From Streptosporangiaceae bacterium (lineage in GTDB: Bacteria; Actinomycetota; Actinomycetes; Streptosporangiales; Streptosporangiaceae): a DNA stretch of 64,000 nucleotides. The number at the start of each line of letters is the position of its first letter. Within the stretch, counting starts at the first letter, position 1. This document shows, piece by piece, positions 41,310-50,660 of this stretch. The notes under the pieces were generated by a model that was not told where the DNA came from, did not search any database, and saw nothing but the letters and a program-made list of their open reading frames with translations. A program made the position numbers and the translations under genes. Where the stretch lies: the NCBI GenBank assembly GCA_035532775.1, contig DATKQH010000376.1, forward strand, positions 4,507-68,506. The letters run 5' to 3'.

Positions 41310-42740
41310 ATGAGTACGAATTCTCAGGACCCTAGCCAGCACCTCTACACCGATGAAGTGATGGTGGTCGAACCGCACGGCATCGAGCACATCGGAGACA
41401 ATGAGCGGCACGGAAAGCCATACCTCCAGGGAACGATTTGGTTTGCTGCCCAGATCAACTTCGTGACCGTGCTGATCGGCTCACTCGCGGTCGTATTCGG
41501 GCTCGGGTTCTGGGTCGCCGTCATCACCTGCGTCACGGCCAATATCGTCGGAGCGCTCATGAACTCGGCGGCTGTGGCGATGGGGCCGAAGCTTGGGATG
41601 CCCCAGATGCCCATGAGCCGGGCTGCCTTCGGTTACGTCGGGAATTACCTTCCAGCGTTCCTCGCCTCGACGCTGTTCGTGGGGTATTTCGCCACGACCA
41701 ACATTGTCGGCGCGGAAACCGTGCAGCAGATCTGGAGCGGGGTGCCCTACACCCCGGTCGCGATCATCCTCGGCATCGTCGCCATCGGACTGACCATCTA
41801 CGGCTACAACCTGGTGCATTCGATCGAGCGGTACATGTCGATGGCCCTCGGGGCCGTCTTCGTCATCCTGACGATCACGGCTTTCGTGCACGGGGTGGGG
41901 CCGAGCCACACCACCACCGTGCACGGCACGGCCTTCTGGGAGTCGGTGGCCCTGGAGTTCATGATCATCTTCTCCTTCACCGCCAGCTGGGCACCTTACG
42001 CGTCTGACTTCTCCCGGTACCTCCCCGCAAGCACCCCGAGCCGCAAGCCGTTCGGCTGGTCCTTCCTGGGCATGCTCCTGGGCACATCCTGGATGAATAT
42101 CGTGGGCATCTACCTCGGCACGCTCGCCGACAAGGGCGGCATCCTGCCGAGCATCAGGACGATCTCCCACGGATTCGCCGACGTGGCCTACGTCGGGATC
42201 ATCGTGGGCGGGCTGATGGTGTGCGCGATCAATGCCTACAGCGGGGCACTGTCCGGGATCACCTGGAATATCCCGCTGAAGCGAGTGCCCGCGGTAATCC
42301 TCATCGGCTCGGTCAGCATCGTGCTGTCGGTAGCGTTCGGCGGACCCAAATTCCAGGCATCGCTTGAGGACTTCCTGTACCTGGTCGCGTACTTCGTCAC
42401 CCCGTGGCTCGCCGTCGTCATCATTGACTTCTGGGTACTGAACTCCGGCGGCAGGGGCTACCCGGACCTTGCCGAGTTCTACAAGCGGACCGGTGCCTTC
42501 GGGTCAGTCCGCTGGGCGGGCTTCCTCTCCTTCGTCATCGGCATAGCCGTGTCGGTGCCGTTCATGGCCACGGTGCTCTACACCGGGCCGATCGGCAAAG
42601 CCATGGGCGGCGCGGATGTCAGCTACGGCGTCAGCGCCCTCGTCGCCGGCGTCCTGTACTACGTGTGGGGCAGGCGGCAAGCGCGCGCCCGCGGCACCGC
42701 GACTGTCCGCAGTGCGGTCACAGGCTCCGTGACGCAATGA
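41310..42740 (+). CDS. NCS1 family purine-cytosine-type permease
   Basis: Starts MSTNSQDP with GGGAGAAGGGAAG upstream. About 12 hydrophobic segments. The N-terminal IEHIGDNERHGKP motif is typical of CodB/FCY2-like permeases. Confidence 0.8.
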   Translation: MSTNSQDPSQHLYTDEVMVVEPHGIEHIGDNERHGKPYLQGTIWFAAQINFVTVLIGSLAVVFGLGFWVAVITCVTANIVGALMNSAAVAMGPKLGMPQMPMSRAAFGYVGNYLPAFLASTLFVGYFATTNIVGAETVQQIWSGVPYTPVAIILGIVAIGLTIYGYNLVHSIERYMSMALGAVFVILTITAFVHGVGPSHTTTVHGTAFWESVALEFMIIFSFTASWAPYASDFSRYLPASTPSRKPFGWSFLGMLLGTSWMNIVGIYLGTLADKGGILPSIRTISHGFADVAYVGIIVGGLMVCAINAYSGALSGITWNIPLKRVPAVILIGSVSIVLSVAFGGPKFQASLEDFLYLVAYFVTPWLAVVIIDFWVLNSGGRGYPDLAEFYKRTGAFGSVRWAGFLSFVIGIAVSVPFMATVLYTGPIGKAMGGADVSYGVSALVAGVLYYVWGRRQARARGTATVRSAVTGSVTQ

Positions 42741-42747
42741 CGCACCG

Positions 42748-42794
42748 CCTGGGCTGGCCAGCCGGGGAAGGGGGGAACAGCTGGCCAGCCCAGG
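42748..42794. terminator. Bidirectional terminator-like hairpin between convergent genes
   Basis: 15-bp perfect stem CCTGGGCTGGCCAGC / GCTGGCCAGCCCAGG with a 17-nt loop. Located between the permease stop (42740) and the ThDP enzyme stop (42830). No U-tract. Confidence 0.55.
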
Positions 42795-42829
42795 TCCGCA
42801 GGAGCGGACCGGTGCACGGCGTGCCGGGC

Positions 42830-44512
42830 TCAGCCACGCGGAGGGGCGGCAACCTGCACATCGAGCACAGTTGGCCGGGCGGTCGCTATCGCGGCACGGA
42901 CGGCCTCACCCACCTCGGCCAGGCGGTCGACCCGGACGGCGTCCGCGCCGAGCCCACGGGCTATTGCCACCAGATTCACGCTGGGATCAGTGATGTCCAT
43001 CCCGACGCTGGAGGCGGCACGGGCGTCAGGACCGCGCATCTCGGCCAGGAACCGCCGCAGGATCAGGTAACCGCGGTTGTTCAGGACCACCGCCACAACG
43101 GGGAGATTCTCCCGCACCGCCGTCCACAGCGCCTGCGGCGAGTAGAGGAACGAGCCGTCACCCACGACCGATACGACCGGCTCGCGGTCCCGCCCCAGCG
43201 AGACTCCCATGGCGGCGGGAAGGCCCCATCCGAGACCGCCGCCACGGGAGTACAGGAACCGGCCGGCGGTCCTGACCAGATGGAAGGCCCGGACGTACGG
43301 ATCACTGGTGACTCCCTCGTCGACCACCATGGTCTCGGGTGGGAGCGCCGACAGCACCGACTGGACGGCCGGGAGCGGATGCATCCGCCCGTGCTCGTCG
43401 GGCCTGGCTGCCGCGGCCCGCTCTGTGAGCTGCGCGAGCCGCTGGCTGGCCCTCGCCTCGGCGGCCTTGATCAGTCTCGCGGTTTCCGTCTCGTCCACCC
43501 CGGACAACAGCGGCACGAGTGCCTCCAGTGCGGCCCGCGGGTCGCCGACCAGGCCCAGCGAGGTCGGGTAAGTCCGCCCGAGATCCTCCGCCGCAGGCGA
43601 GAGGTGGAGCAGCCGGAGCCCAGGCGGCACCGGCCAGGCGTCCCGGTATCCGAAGGTCATGAATCCGCGCGAGCCGATCAGGAGCACGGTGTCGAACCTG
43701 GCCAGTTCCGCCCGCATCTGCTCAGCGTCGGCGGTGAGAGCGCCGGCCCACAGCGGATCAGCGGTCGGGAAGACGAGCGTGGAGTGCATGGGCGTGCCGT
43801 AGACAGAGCAGCCCAGCCGCTGCGCTACCGTCACCAGCGCATCGGTCGCCCCGGACCGGGTCACCTCGTCACCCGCGACCACCGCGAAGCGCGCACGCGG
43901 GGCGGCCAGGATGGCCGAAGCAAGGTCGGCCAGGGCGGCGGGGACCACGCGACGCTCGATGCGGGACGGCGCTGGCACCGGGAAGTCGCCCCGTTCCTGC
44001 AGCATGTCCATGGGCATCGAGACGAACACCGGTCCCGTAGGGGGCGACGCCGCGTCGTGGAAGGCCCGGCGGAGCACCGGGCCCAGGTCGGCGGTCCTGT
44101 GGACCTCGTGGGCCCACTTCACCAGGCCGGTCGCCATGCCGGTCAGATTCCCGGAGAGGAACGGCTCCGCCAGCAGGTGGCGCCGGTCCTGCTGTCCGGC
44201 GGTCACCACCATCGGCGTGCCGGTGGCCCGCGAGTTGGACAGATTCCCCATCGCGTTTCCCAGGCCGGTGGCGGTATGGAGATTGATGAAGGAAGGCCTT
44301 CCCGTGGCCTGCGCATAACCATCGGCCAGCCCGGCCGCCACGGATTCGTGCAAAGCCAGCACGTAATGAAACCGGCTATCCGCAGCCAGTGCATCCAGCA
44401 GAGGGAGTTCGGTGGTTCCCGGATTTCCGAAGATGTGACGAACCTGCTCGCTCTCCAGAATCTCGAGAAGAACCTCGGTGCCCGACTTCGGTTGACTCAT
44501 GGCCGTAATCAT
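42830..44512 (-). CDS. Thiamine-diphosphate enzyme, benzoylformate decarboxylase-like
   Basis: IFGNPGTTELPLLDAL...YAQATGRPSFINLHTATGLGNAMGNLSNS...VVTAGQQ is closely parallel to MdlC-type BFD. C-terminal GDGSF ThDP motif. The start is either 44512 or 44500. Confidence 0.85.
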   Translation of the reverse strand: MITAMSQPKSGTEVLLEILESEQVRHIFGNPGTTELPLLDALAADSRFHYVLALHESVAAGLADGYAQATGRPSFINLHTATGLGNAMGNLSNSRATGTPMVVTAGQQDRRHLLAEPFLSGNLTGMATGLVKWAHEVHRTADLGPVLRRAFHDAASPPTGPVFVSMPMDMLQERGDFPVPAPSRIERRVVPAALADLASAILAAPRARFAVVAGDEVTRSGATDALVTVAQRLGCSVYGTPMHSTLVFPTADPLWAGALTADAEQMRAELARFDTVLLIGSRGFMTFGYRDAWPVPPGLRLLHLSPAAEDLGRTYPTSLGLVGDPRAALEALVPLLSGVDETETARLIKAAEARASQRLAQLTERAAAARPDEHGRMHPLPAVQSVLSALPPETMVVDEGVTSDPYVRAFHLVRTAGRFLYSRGGGLGWGLPAAMGVSLGRDREPVVSVVGDGSFLYSPQALWTAVRENLPVVAVVLNNRGYLILRRFLAEMRGPDARAASSVGMDITDPSVNLVAIARGLGADAVRVDRLAEVGEAVRAAIATARPTVLDVQVAAPPRG

Positions 44513-44569
44513 ATCGGTGACAAAGGGAAATGAGGCAGGGCTTTCCGGTTGATAGTTCGAGAAAGGGAA

Positions 44570-45298
44570 ATGATGAGTGAGACCTTCGTCCTGCTGCACG
44601 GCTCGTGGCACGGCGGGTGGGCATGGGAGCCGACTGCATGGTGCCTTCGCGAACTCGGCCACATCGCATATGCGCCGACCTATCCGGGGCATTGGCTCGG
44701 AGCTGTTCGTACTGGCATCAGCCACGATGATTACGTGTCGGCGGTGCGGAGCTTCATCGAGGGCCGGGATCTTCGCGATGTCGTTCTGGTGGGCCACAGC
44801 TTCGGTGGCTCCGTTGTCAGCCGAGTATCCCAGCTGATCCCCGAACGGCTGAAGCGCCTGGTGTTCCATACCGCCTTCGTGGTCGAGGACGGCGGCAGCG
44901 TCAACGACAACATCGCTGCCGAGCAGACCGCCCTGTTCGCCCAGTCCGCCAGCGCCAGTCCCGACAACACGGTGGAGTGCCCGTGGGAGGTGTTCCGCGA
45001 CCTTTTCATGCAGGACGCGGCACCGGAGGACGCGCGATCGGTGTGGGAACGGCTGGTCCCGCAGCCGTTCCAGCCATGGGACGCCACGCTCGATCTCGCG
45101 GAGTTCTACCGGGCTGGGCTGGCCAAGAGTTACATCGCGGTGCGGGATGACCGGGCACTGCCAGAGGGGACGTGGCATCCGGGCATGTCATCGCGGCTGG
45201 GCGCGTTCAAGCTCGTCGAGATGGCGGGCAGCCACGAGGTCATGTTCACGCGGCCGGCCGAGCTTGCCCGCAAGCTCGTCGAGGCCGCCAGCGACTGA
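44570..45298 (+). CDS. Alpha/beta hydrolase (SABP2/methylesterase-like)
   Basis: FVLLHGSWHGGWAW and the nucleophile elbow VGHSFGG. ATG 44570 is preceded by AAAGGGAA. Confidence 0.8.
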   Translation: MMSETFVLLHGSWHGGWAWEPTAWCLRELGHIAYAPTYPGHWLGAVRTGISHDDYVSAVRSFIEGRDLRDVVLVGHSFGGSVVSRVSQLIPERLKRLVFHTAFVVEDGGSVNDNIAAEQTALFAQSASASPDNTVECPWEVFRDLFMQDAAPEDARSVWERLVPQPFQPWDATLDLAEFYRAGLAKSYIAVRDDRALPEGTWHPGMSSRLGAFKLVEMAGSHEVMFTRPAELARKLVEAASD

Positions 45299-45312
45299 GG
45301 GAGGAAGGCCGG

Positions 45313-46452
45313 TTGGCCAGCCACGAGATCAGGATCAACCCAGCGTGCCCGCTCGCGAGCCAGCCGGGCACCGGGCACAACCGCTGGCATCCGGATATTC
45401 CGCCGGCCATCCGGGTCGAGCCTGGCGACGATGTCATGCTGCAGACCCGTGACGCGGTCGATGGGCAGATCGGCCCGGAGTCGGTGGCGACCGACGTTCT
45501 GGGTGTCGACATCAGCGTCGTGCACCCCCTGACCGGCCCGGTATTCGTGGCGGGAGCAGAGCCCGGCGACCTGCTGGAGGTAGAGATACTCGATGTTTCC
45601 ACCGGGTCCTTCGGCTACACCATGCAGTCGCCGGGGTTCGGGTTCCTCCGCGACGACTTCCCCGAGCCGTTTCTGGCGCGGTGGCAGATCGAGCGTGGGT
45701 TCGCAGTCTCCCCGGACGTGCCTGGGGTCCGCATTCCGGGGCATCCGTTCATGGGCACGATGGGGGTGGCTCCGTCACCCGACCTGCTGGCGCGGATCAC
45801 CGCCCGGGAACGCGGCCTGGCCGCGGCTGGCGGCATGGTGGACCTCCCCGAGCCGCGGGGCGCTGTCCCGTCCGTTCCGGCTGTGATGGGCGGAGGGCTC
45901 CGCACCATCGCCCCTCGGGAGAACGCAGGGAACGTCGACATCAAGCAGCTCACGGCGGGAACGCGGCTGCTGATCCCGGTCTGGGTTCCTGGCGCCCTAT
46001 TCTCGGCCGGCGATGCTCACTTCGCGCAGGGCGACGGCGAGGCATGTGGTCAGGCGATCGAGGTGCGGGGCATGCTGCGGGCCCGGTTCGGCCTCCGGAA
46101 GGGCGCGGCCGCGGCCCATAAGATCGATCAGCCGCAATTCGAGCGGATGGCCTCGTCACCCGCGCCCGGCCCGTACTTCGCGACCACCGGAACCTGCCTG
46201 CACCAGGATGGGCGCAACGCGGCCGAGGATCTCTCCCTGGCCGCCCGCAACGCCCTGCGCTACATGATCGAGCACCTGGCCACGCGGTACGGCTTTACGA
46301 GGCAGCAGGCCTACGTGATCTGCAGTGTCGCGGTGGACCTGAAGGCCAGCCAGGTGGTGGACCTTCCGAACGTGCTGGTCTCAGCGTTCCTGCCGCTGGG
46401 GATCTTCGGGGCAACCGCATCCGGTGCCGCTTCGTGCCGGGTGACCGGCTGA
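45313..46452 (+). CDS. Acetamidase/formamidase family protein
   Basis: HNRWHPDIPP, HPLTGPVFVAGAEPGD and GNVDIKQL blocks. TTG 45313 with GGAGGAAGG upstream. The start is uncertain. Confidence 0.8.
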   Translation: MASHEIRINPACPLASQPGTGHNRWHPDIPPAIRVEPGDDVMLQTRDAVDGQIGPESVATDVLGVDISVVHPLTGPVFVAGAEPGDLLEVEILDVSTGSFGYTMQSPGFGFLRDDFPEPFLARWQIERGFAVSPDVPGVRIPGHPFMGTMGVAPSPDLLARITARERGLAAAGGMVDLPEPRGAVPSVPAVMGGGLRTIAPRENAGNVDIKQLTAGTRLLIPVWVPGALFSAGDAHFAQGDGEACGQAIEVRGMLRARFGLRKGAAAAHKIDQPQFERMASSPAPGPYFATTGTCLHQDGRNAAEDLSLAARNALRYMIEHLATRYGFTRQQAYVICSVAVDLKASQVVDLPNVLVSAFLPLGIFGATASGAASCRVTG

Positions 46453-46463
46453 CCACCTGCCGG

Positions 46464-46571
46464 ACTGGCGAGTTCGGGATAGCCGGGCTTTCCGTCTGCT
46501 TCGACGGGGACTTCCGGGAGGTGGCCCGCGAATTGCGACTGGCCGGCGCCACGATGGTGGTCGCGGCTCAG
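46464..46571 (+). pseudogene. Short remnant of a carbon-nitrogen hydrolase (nitrilase-superfamily) gene
   Basis: GEFGIAGLSVCFDGDFREVARELRLAGATMVV matches the catalytic-Cys block of CN hydrolases. Only ~36 codons remain, between convergent genes. Confidence 0.35.
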
Positions 46572-46592
46572 CGCATGCCGCGCCGCACACCG

Positions 46593-47627
46593 CTAAATCA
46601 CGTTGCGGAGCGGCTCGCCGCGAAGGGCGCGCGCGACGTTGTCCAGGCAGCACCGGATCATGCGCTCACGGCTCTCGTTCGTGGAACCGGCCAGGTGCGG
46701 GGAGAGAAGGACATTCGGCAGGCCGGCCCATGGATGGCCGGGACCCAGCGGCTCGGAGTCGAACACGTCAAGCGCGGCAGCCTTGAGACGGCCTGACGTG
46801 AGCGCGTCGCGCAGCGCCCCGCTGTCCACGACGGCGCCGCGGGATGTGTTGATCAGGACACCGTCAGGTCCGAGGAGATCCAGCAGTTCCGTGCCGACCA
46901 GGTGCCGGGTGGAGTCCGTTAGCGGCACGTGCAGGGTCACCACGTCGCTCCGCAGGAAGAGTTCCGCAAGGCTGACCCGGTTCAGGCGGAGCTCGGCCGC
47001 ACGTCCCTCCGGCACCGCGACCGCATCCGCGTACAGGATGGCGCGCGGCTCGAATGGCACCAGCCGCCGGGCCACCTCAACGCCGATCCGGCCCAGCCCG
47101 ACGATCCCCACCGTCCGCCCGCGGAGTTCGAAGACCCCCGCACGGGCAGCCTCGATCATCGGCCAGAAGCCCTCCCGGACCTCCCGGTGAAAGCGCGGGA
47201 CCTCTTTGAGTGACAAGAGCGCGGCCATCACAACCCATTCAGCAACGGCACTCGCATTGGCCCCAGGGACGTTCGCCACCGTAATCCCCGCTCGGCGCGC
47301 AGCGCCGATGTCGATGCAGTTGTAGCCGCTGGTCGGCTGCACTATCGCCACGCACTGCCGCGCGGCGGCGATGTCCGCAGCTGTGAGCTGGATACGGCCT
47401 GTCCAGTCGCCGATAATGACAGTGGCTGCCGAGAGCATGCGGTGTAGCGCCGCCGCGTCCCGGTCGGCCGACGTGACGAGCACGTGCGCGGGCATGCTGG
47501 CAGCAGCCAATCGGTACACCGGATCCATAACCTCATGCGGCGTGAGGCAGGCGACCCGCGGCACTGCGGAGACCGCCGCGCCCGCGGGCTGAACCTGGTC
47601 TGGGCTGCTACTCCTCTCCGTGACCAT
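46593..47627 (-). CDS. D-isomer-specific 2-hydroxyacid dehydrogenase family protein
   Basis: GRTVGIVGLGRIGVEVARRL NAD motif and the C-terminal catalytic block NTSRGAVVD...LLSPHLAG. Confidence 0.85.
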   Translation of the reverse strand: MVTERSSSPDQVQPAGAAVSAVPRVACLTPHEVMDPVYRLAAASMPAHVLVTSADRDAAALHRMLSAATVIIGDWTGRIQLTAADIAAARQCVAIVQPTSGYNCIDIGAARRAGITVANVPGANASAVAEWVVMAALLSLKEVPRFHREVREGFWPMIEAARAGVFELRGRTVGIVGLGRIGVEVARRLVPFEPRAILYADAVAVPEGRAAELRLNRVSLAELFLRSDVVTLHVPLTDSTRHLVGTELLDLLGPDGVLINTSRGAVVDSGALRDALTSGRLKAAALDVFDSEPLGPGHPWAGLPNVLLSPHLAGSTNESRERMIRCCLDNVARALRGEPLRNVI

Positions 47628-47633
47628 GCTGCT

Positions 47634-49859
47634 TCAACTGTCTGGATACAGAATCACGTGAAGCTCACCTGGGCCGTGTACGCCGATCACTGGCCTCATC
47701 TCAATATCGCTCGACCGGCTCGGCCCGGTTACGAGCTGAATGCTCGACGGCATCTCGCTGACATTGCGCAGCGTTCCGATGAGATCGGCATACGTGGCTA
47801 CCAGGCGCGAGTACGGCACCAGGGCAATGTGGATCGGCGGCACGAGCGAGGTGCTGCGGGGGCATCCCGGCGCTGCCGCCATGGCCAGTGTTCCTGTCTC
47901 CGCCGCGGCGGCCAGCACTCCCGTCACGCCAATGTCCGCGTCCCACACGTCCTGCACGACGGTACCTCCCAGCGCCAGCTCTGCCAGGTCAGGGTGGCGG
48001 TCCACGGCGATTCTGCTGCCCGCGCACAGCTCTTGCGCCACAGTCCGGGCTGCCGCACCGGACTGGCACCGGTGCACGTGGGCAGCAACGTCCGCGAGCC
48101 GCTGGGCGAACCGATCTGCCCACTGCTCAGGGCTGGCGGTCCCGGATCCGGGGAACCCAAGTCGGGCGGCCGGGTCCTGAGGTGATGTGGTGACCGGCTC
48201 AGGCAGTTCCGCGGCGGGGGCGGGGCAGGCCGGCACGTCCGGGGGTGGCCCGGGAAGAAGCGGCACGGGTACCGGCCCGGACCCGGCTGAGAGGTCGGAC
48301 CGGGCGCGGGAAGCGACCCGCGCCCGGACTCGGCCGGCCCGTTCAACGGACGGCACCGCGCGGCCGCGGCTCCAGGCCCGTGGCCCGGGCAGGCGGCGCA
48401 GTAGCGCAGCAGGGAGCAGCCGCTGCACGATCGCGGCCGCGGCGCTGGTGGCTATGAATCCTGCTGGCCACCGCCAGAGCACGGACCAGGCCCACCACTG
48501 CCCCCGTGCCAGGTGCCGCCCGGCCTGGAAGTCGGCCCGCAGGCCAACCAGCATGTCAGGGAGGTCGATGCTGACCGGACAAGCCTCGCGGCAGGCCCCG
48601 CAGAGTGAGGAAAGGAAGGGCAGATCAGCATCCTGATGCTCGCCGATCAGCGGGCTCAGGACGGCCCCGATGGGGCCACCGTAGGTGGACGGGTACGCTT
48701 GCCCGCCGCCGAGGTTCCGGTATACGGGACAAGCGATCTGGCAGCTGCCGCAGCGGATGCACGCCAGGATGTCGTTGTACCGGGTGCCGACGAGCTGGCT
48801 TCGGCCGTTGTCAAGAATAACGAGGTGAAGCTCATCGGGGCCGTCCGCTTCATCGGCGCCCGCGGGGCCGGTGATCAGTGTCTGGTACGTCGTCAGATGC
48901 TGCCAGGCTCCCGTGTAGCTGAGCAGAGGCAGCAGGGTTGCCAGGTCGGCGAAGCGGGCGATTACCTTGTCGACCGACATCACCGCGATATGCACCGGTG
49001 GCTGTGATGTCACCATACGTCCGTTGCCTTCGTTGGTCACCAGGACAAGGGTCCCGGTATCCGCGCAGGCGAAGTTAACCCCGCTGATCCCGAGCTGCGC
49101 TGCCCGGAAGTCAGGTCTCAGCCGGTCGCGGGCCAGCTGCGCAAGCCCCGGAGGCGCGTCCGGCACCTGCCGTCCGGCCAGCTCGCCCAGCAGCGCGGCG
49201 ATCTCAGTGCGCGATTTATGCAGCGCGGGGGCGGTGATGTGGCTGGGGCGCTCGTCCGCGACCTGCAGGATGTACTCGCCGAGATCCGTCTCCACCGCCT
49301 CGATCCCGGCATCCTCCAGGCCGCGGTTGAGACCGATTTCCTCGGTGATCATGGACTTGGACTTCACCGCCAGCTGGACTCCATGAGCCCTGGCGATGGA
49401 TGTCACGATCGCGACGGCGTCGTGCGGGGTGGCGGCCCGGTGCACCGCGCCACCCGCCAGCTCCACGTTCCGGGCGAGCTGGGCGAGGTACTGTTCCAGA
49501 TGGGGGAGCGTCTCACGGCGGACTGATCCGGCCCGGTCGCGCAGCTCAGCGACATGGGAAGTCCAGCGGCCGACATGGCGGTCCCGATTGAGGCCGGCCA
49601 GCCGGTCAGCGATGGCTGGCGTCCTGGCCAGAGCGAGCGCTTCCGCCGAGATCAGCGGAAGAGAGCGGTGGCCTGGCGCGGCGCTAGCACTCGCCCAGGA
49701 CGGGCGGCTGAGCGCAACCCTGTCACGACCTTCCAGCGCGGCAGACCGCACTGAGGCGCGGTCTGCGGGCAGCCCGGCCGGGGTGCCGCGAGCGCGCCGC
49801 GGATTCACCAGAGCCGCCGGGCCCTGGTCGTCATTGCCGTCGCTCGCCGGACCGGTCAC
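47634..49859 (-). CDS. LutB-LutC fusion (lactate-utilisation FeS protein with two LUD/DUF162-type regions)
   Basis: KSKSMITEEIGLN, CIRCGSCQIACPVY and CGACREACPV are LutB-like. The C-terminal ~200 aa (IGVTGVLAAAAETGTLAM...IHIALVPYSRLV) are LutC-like. GTG 49859 gives a GTGA overlap with lutA, but the start is uncertain. Confidence 0.75.
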   Translation of the reverse strand: MTGPASDGNDDQGPAALVNPRRARGTPAGLPADRASVRSAALEGRDRVALSRPSWASASAAPGHRSLPLISAEALALARTPAIADRLAGLNRDRHVGRWTSHVAELRDRAGSVRRETLPHLEQYLAQLARNVELAGGAVHRAATPHDAVAIVTSIARAHGVQLAVKSKSMITEEIGLNRGLEDAGIEAVETDLGEYILQVADERPSHITAPALHKSRTEIAALLGELAGRQVPDAPPGLAQLARDRLRPDFRAAQLGISGVNFACADTGTLVLVTNEGNGRMVTSQPPVHIAVMSVDKVIARFADLATLLPLLSYTGAWQHLTTYQTLITGPAGADEADGPDELHLVILDNGRSQLVGTRYNDILACIRCGSCQIACPVYRNLGGGQAYPSTYGGPIGAVLSPLIGEHQDADLPFLSSLCGACREACPVSIDLPDMLVGLRADFQAGRHLARGQWWAWSVLWRWPAGFIATSAAAAIVQRLLPAALLRRLPGPRAWSRGRAVPSVERAGRVRARVASRARSDLSAGSGPVPVPLLPGPPPDVPACPAPAAELPEPVTTSPQDPAARLGFPGSGTASPEQWADRFAQRLADVAAHVHRCQSGAAARTVAQELCAGSRIAVDRHPDLAELALGGTVVQDVWDADIGVTGVLAAAAETGTLAMAAAPGCPRSTSLVPPIHIALVPYSRLVATYADLIGTLRNVSEMPSSIQLVTGPSRSSDIEMRPVIGVHGPGELHVILYPDS

Positions 49860-50617
49860 CGCGCGCTTCCGTCCTGAAGAGCTGCGCTGACGATCTCCGC
49901 GATGTGACGGGTGCGAAGATGACAGTGTCCGGCCGTCGCGCGGGTGCTCAGGTGCATGAGGCAGCCGGGGTCGGCAGAGACCAGGCACTCGGCTCCGGAA
50001 TCGGCCGCCGCCGCCAGCTTCCGATCCGCCATCGCAACCGAGATGTCGGGAAACGACGTCGAGAAAGTCCCTCCGAATCCGCAGCAGACGTCGGCATCAG
50101 CCATTTCGTGAACCTGCAGGCCATCGATGCGCCCCAGCACGCGGCGCGGCGCCGAGCGCGCCCCGAGGCTGCGTAGCATGTGGCATGAGTCATGCCAGGT
50201 CACGCTGGCCGGCAGGCGCAGCGGAAGGCGGGCGCCAAAAGCGTCGACAAACTGCGTGAACTCCCACACCCGCCCGGCGATCCGCTCCATCGATGCCGAC
50301 CAGCGATCCCCGAACATGCGGGCGTACTGACAACGCACGGTCGCCGCACACGACCCCGACGGAGTGACGATCACCGGGTAGGGCGCGAAGACGTCCAGCC
50401 ACTTCCGGGCCAAGGTCCTGGCCGCATCCGGAAATCCTGTGTTCAGAGCCGGCTGACCGCAGCAGGTCTGCCCTGCCGGGTACGCCACCTCCATCCCCAG
50501 GGCATCGAGCACTGTGACAGCGGCCCGGACCGTATTCGGCGCCGTGACCTCACCAAGGCATGAGGCGAAGAGGGCGACCCGCGGCGGCACTGATCGCGCG
50601 GCGGGAAAGACAGTCAT
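49856..50617 (-). CDS. lutA: LutA-type (Fe-S) oxidoreductase with CCG domains
   Basis: VALFASCL...GQTCCGQP...SGSC...HDSCH...VCCGFGGTF. Confidence 0.85.
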   Translation of the reverse strand: MTVFPAARSVPPRVALFASCLGEVTAPNTVRAAVTVLDALGMEVAYPAGQTCCGQPALNTGFPDAARTLARKWLDVFAPYPVIVTPSGSCAATVRCQYARMFGDRWSASMERIAGRVWEFTQFVDAFGARLPLRLPASVTWHDSCHMLRSLGARSAPRRVLGRIDGLQVHEMADADVCCGFGGTFSTSFPDISVAMADRKLAAAADSGAECLVSADPGCLMHLSTRATAGHCHLRTRHIAEIVSAALQDGSAR

Positions 50618-50660
50618 GCGGCAGCCTCCGTTGCCACCCGGGAAGTCGCTGCTCCCGCCC

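Noticed and set aside
42830-45178. 782-aa version of the ThDP enzyme ORF
   Set aside because: The upstream 220 codons run antisense through the alpha/beta-hydrolase gene. BFD-like homology starts at MITAMSQPKSGTEV (44512 or 44500).
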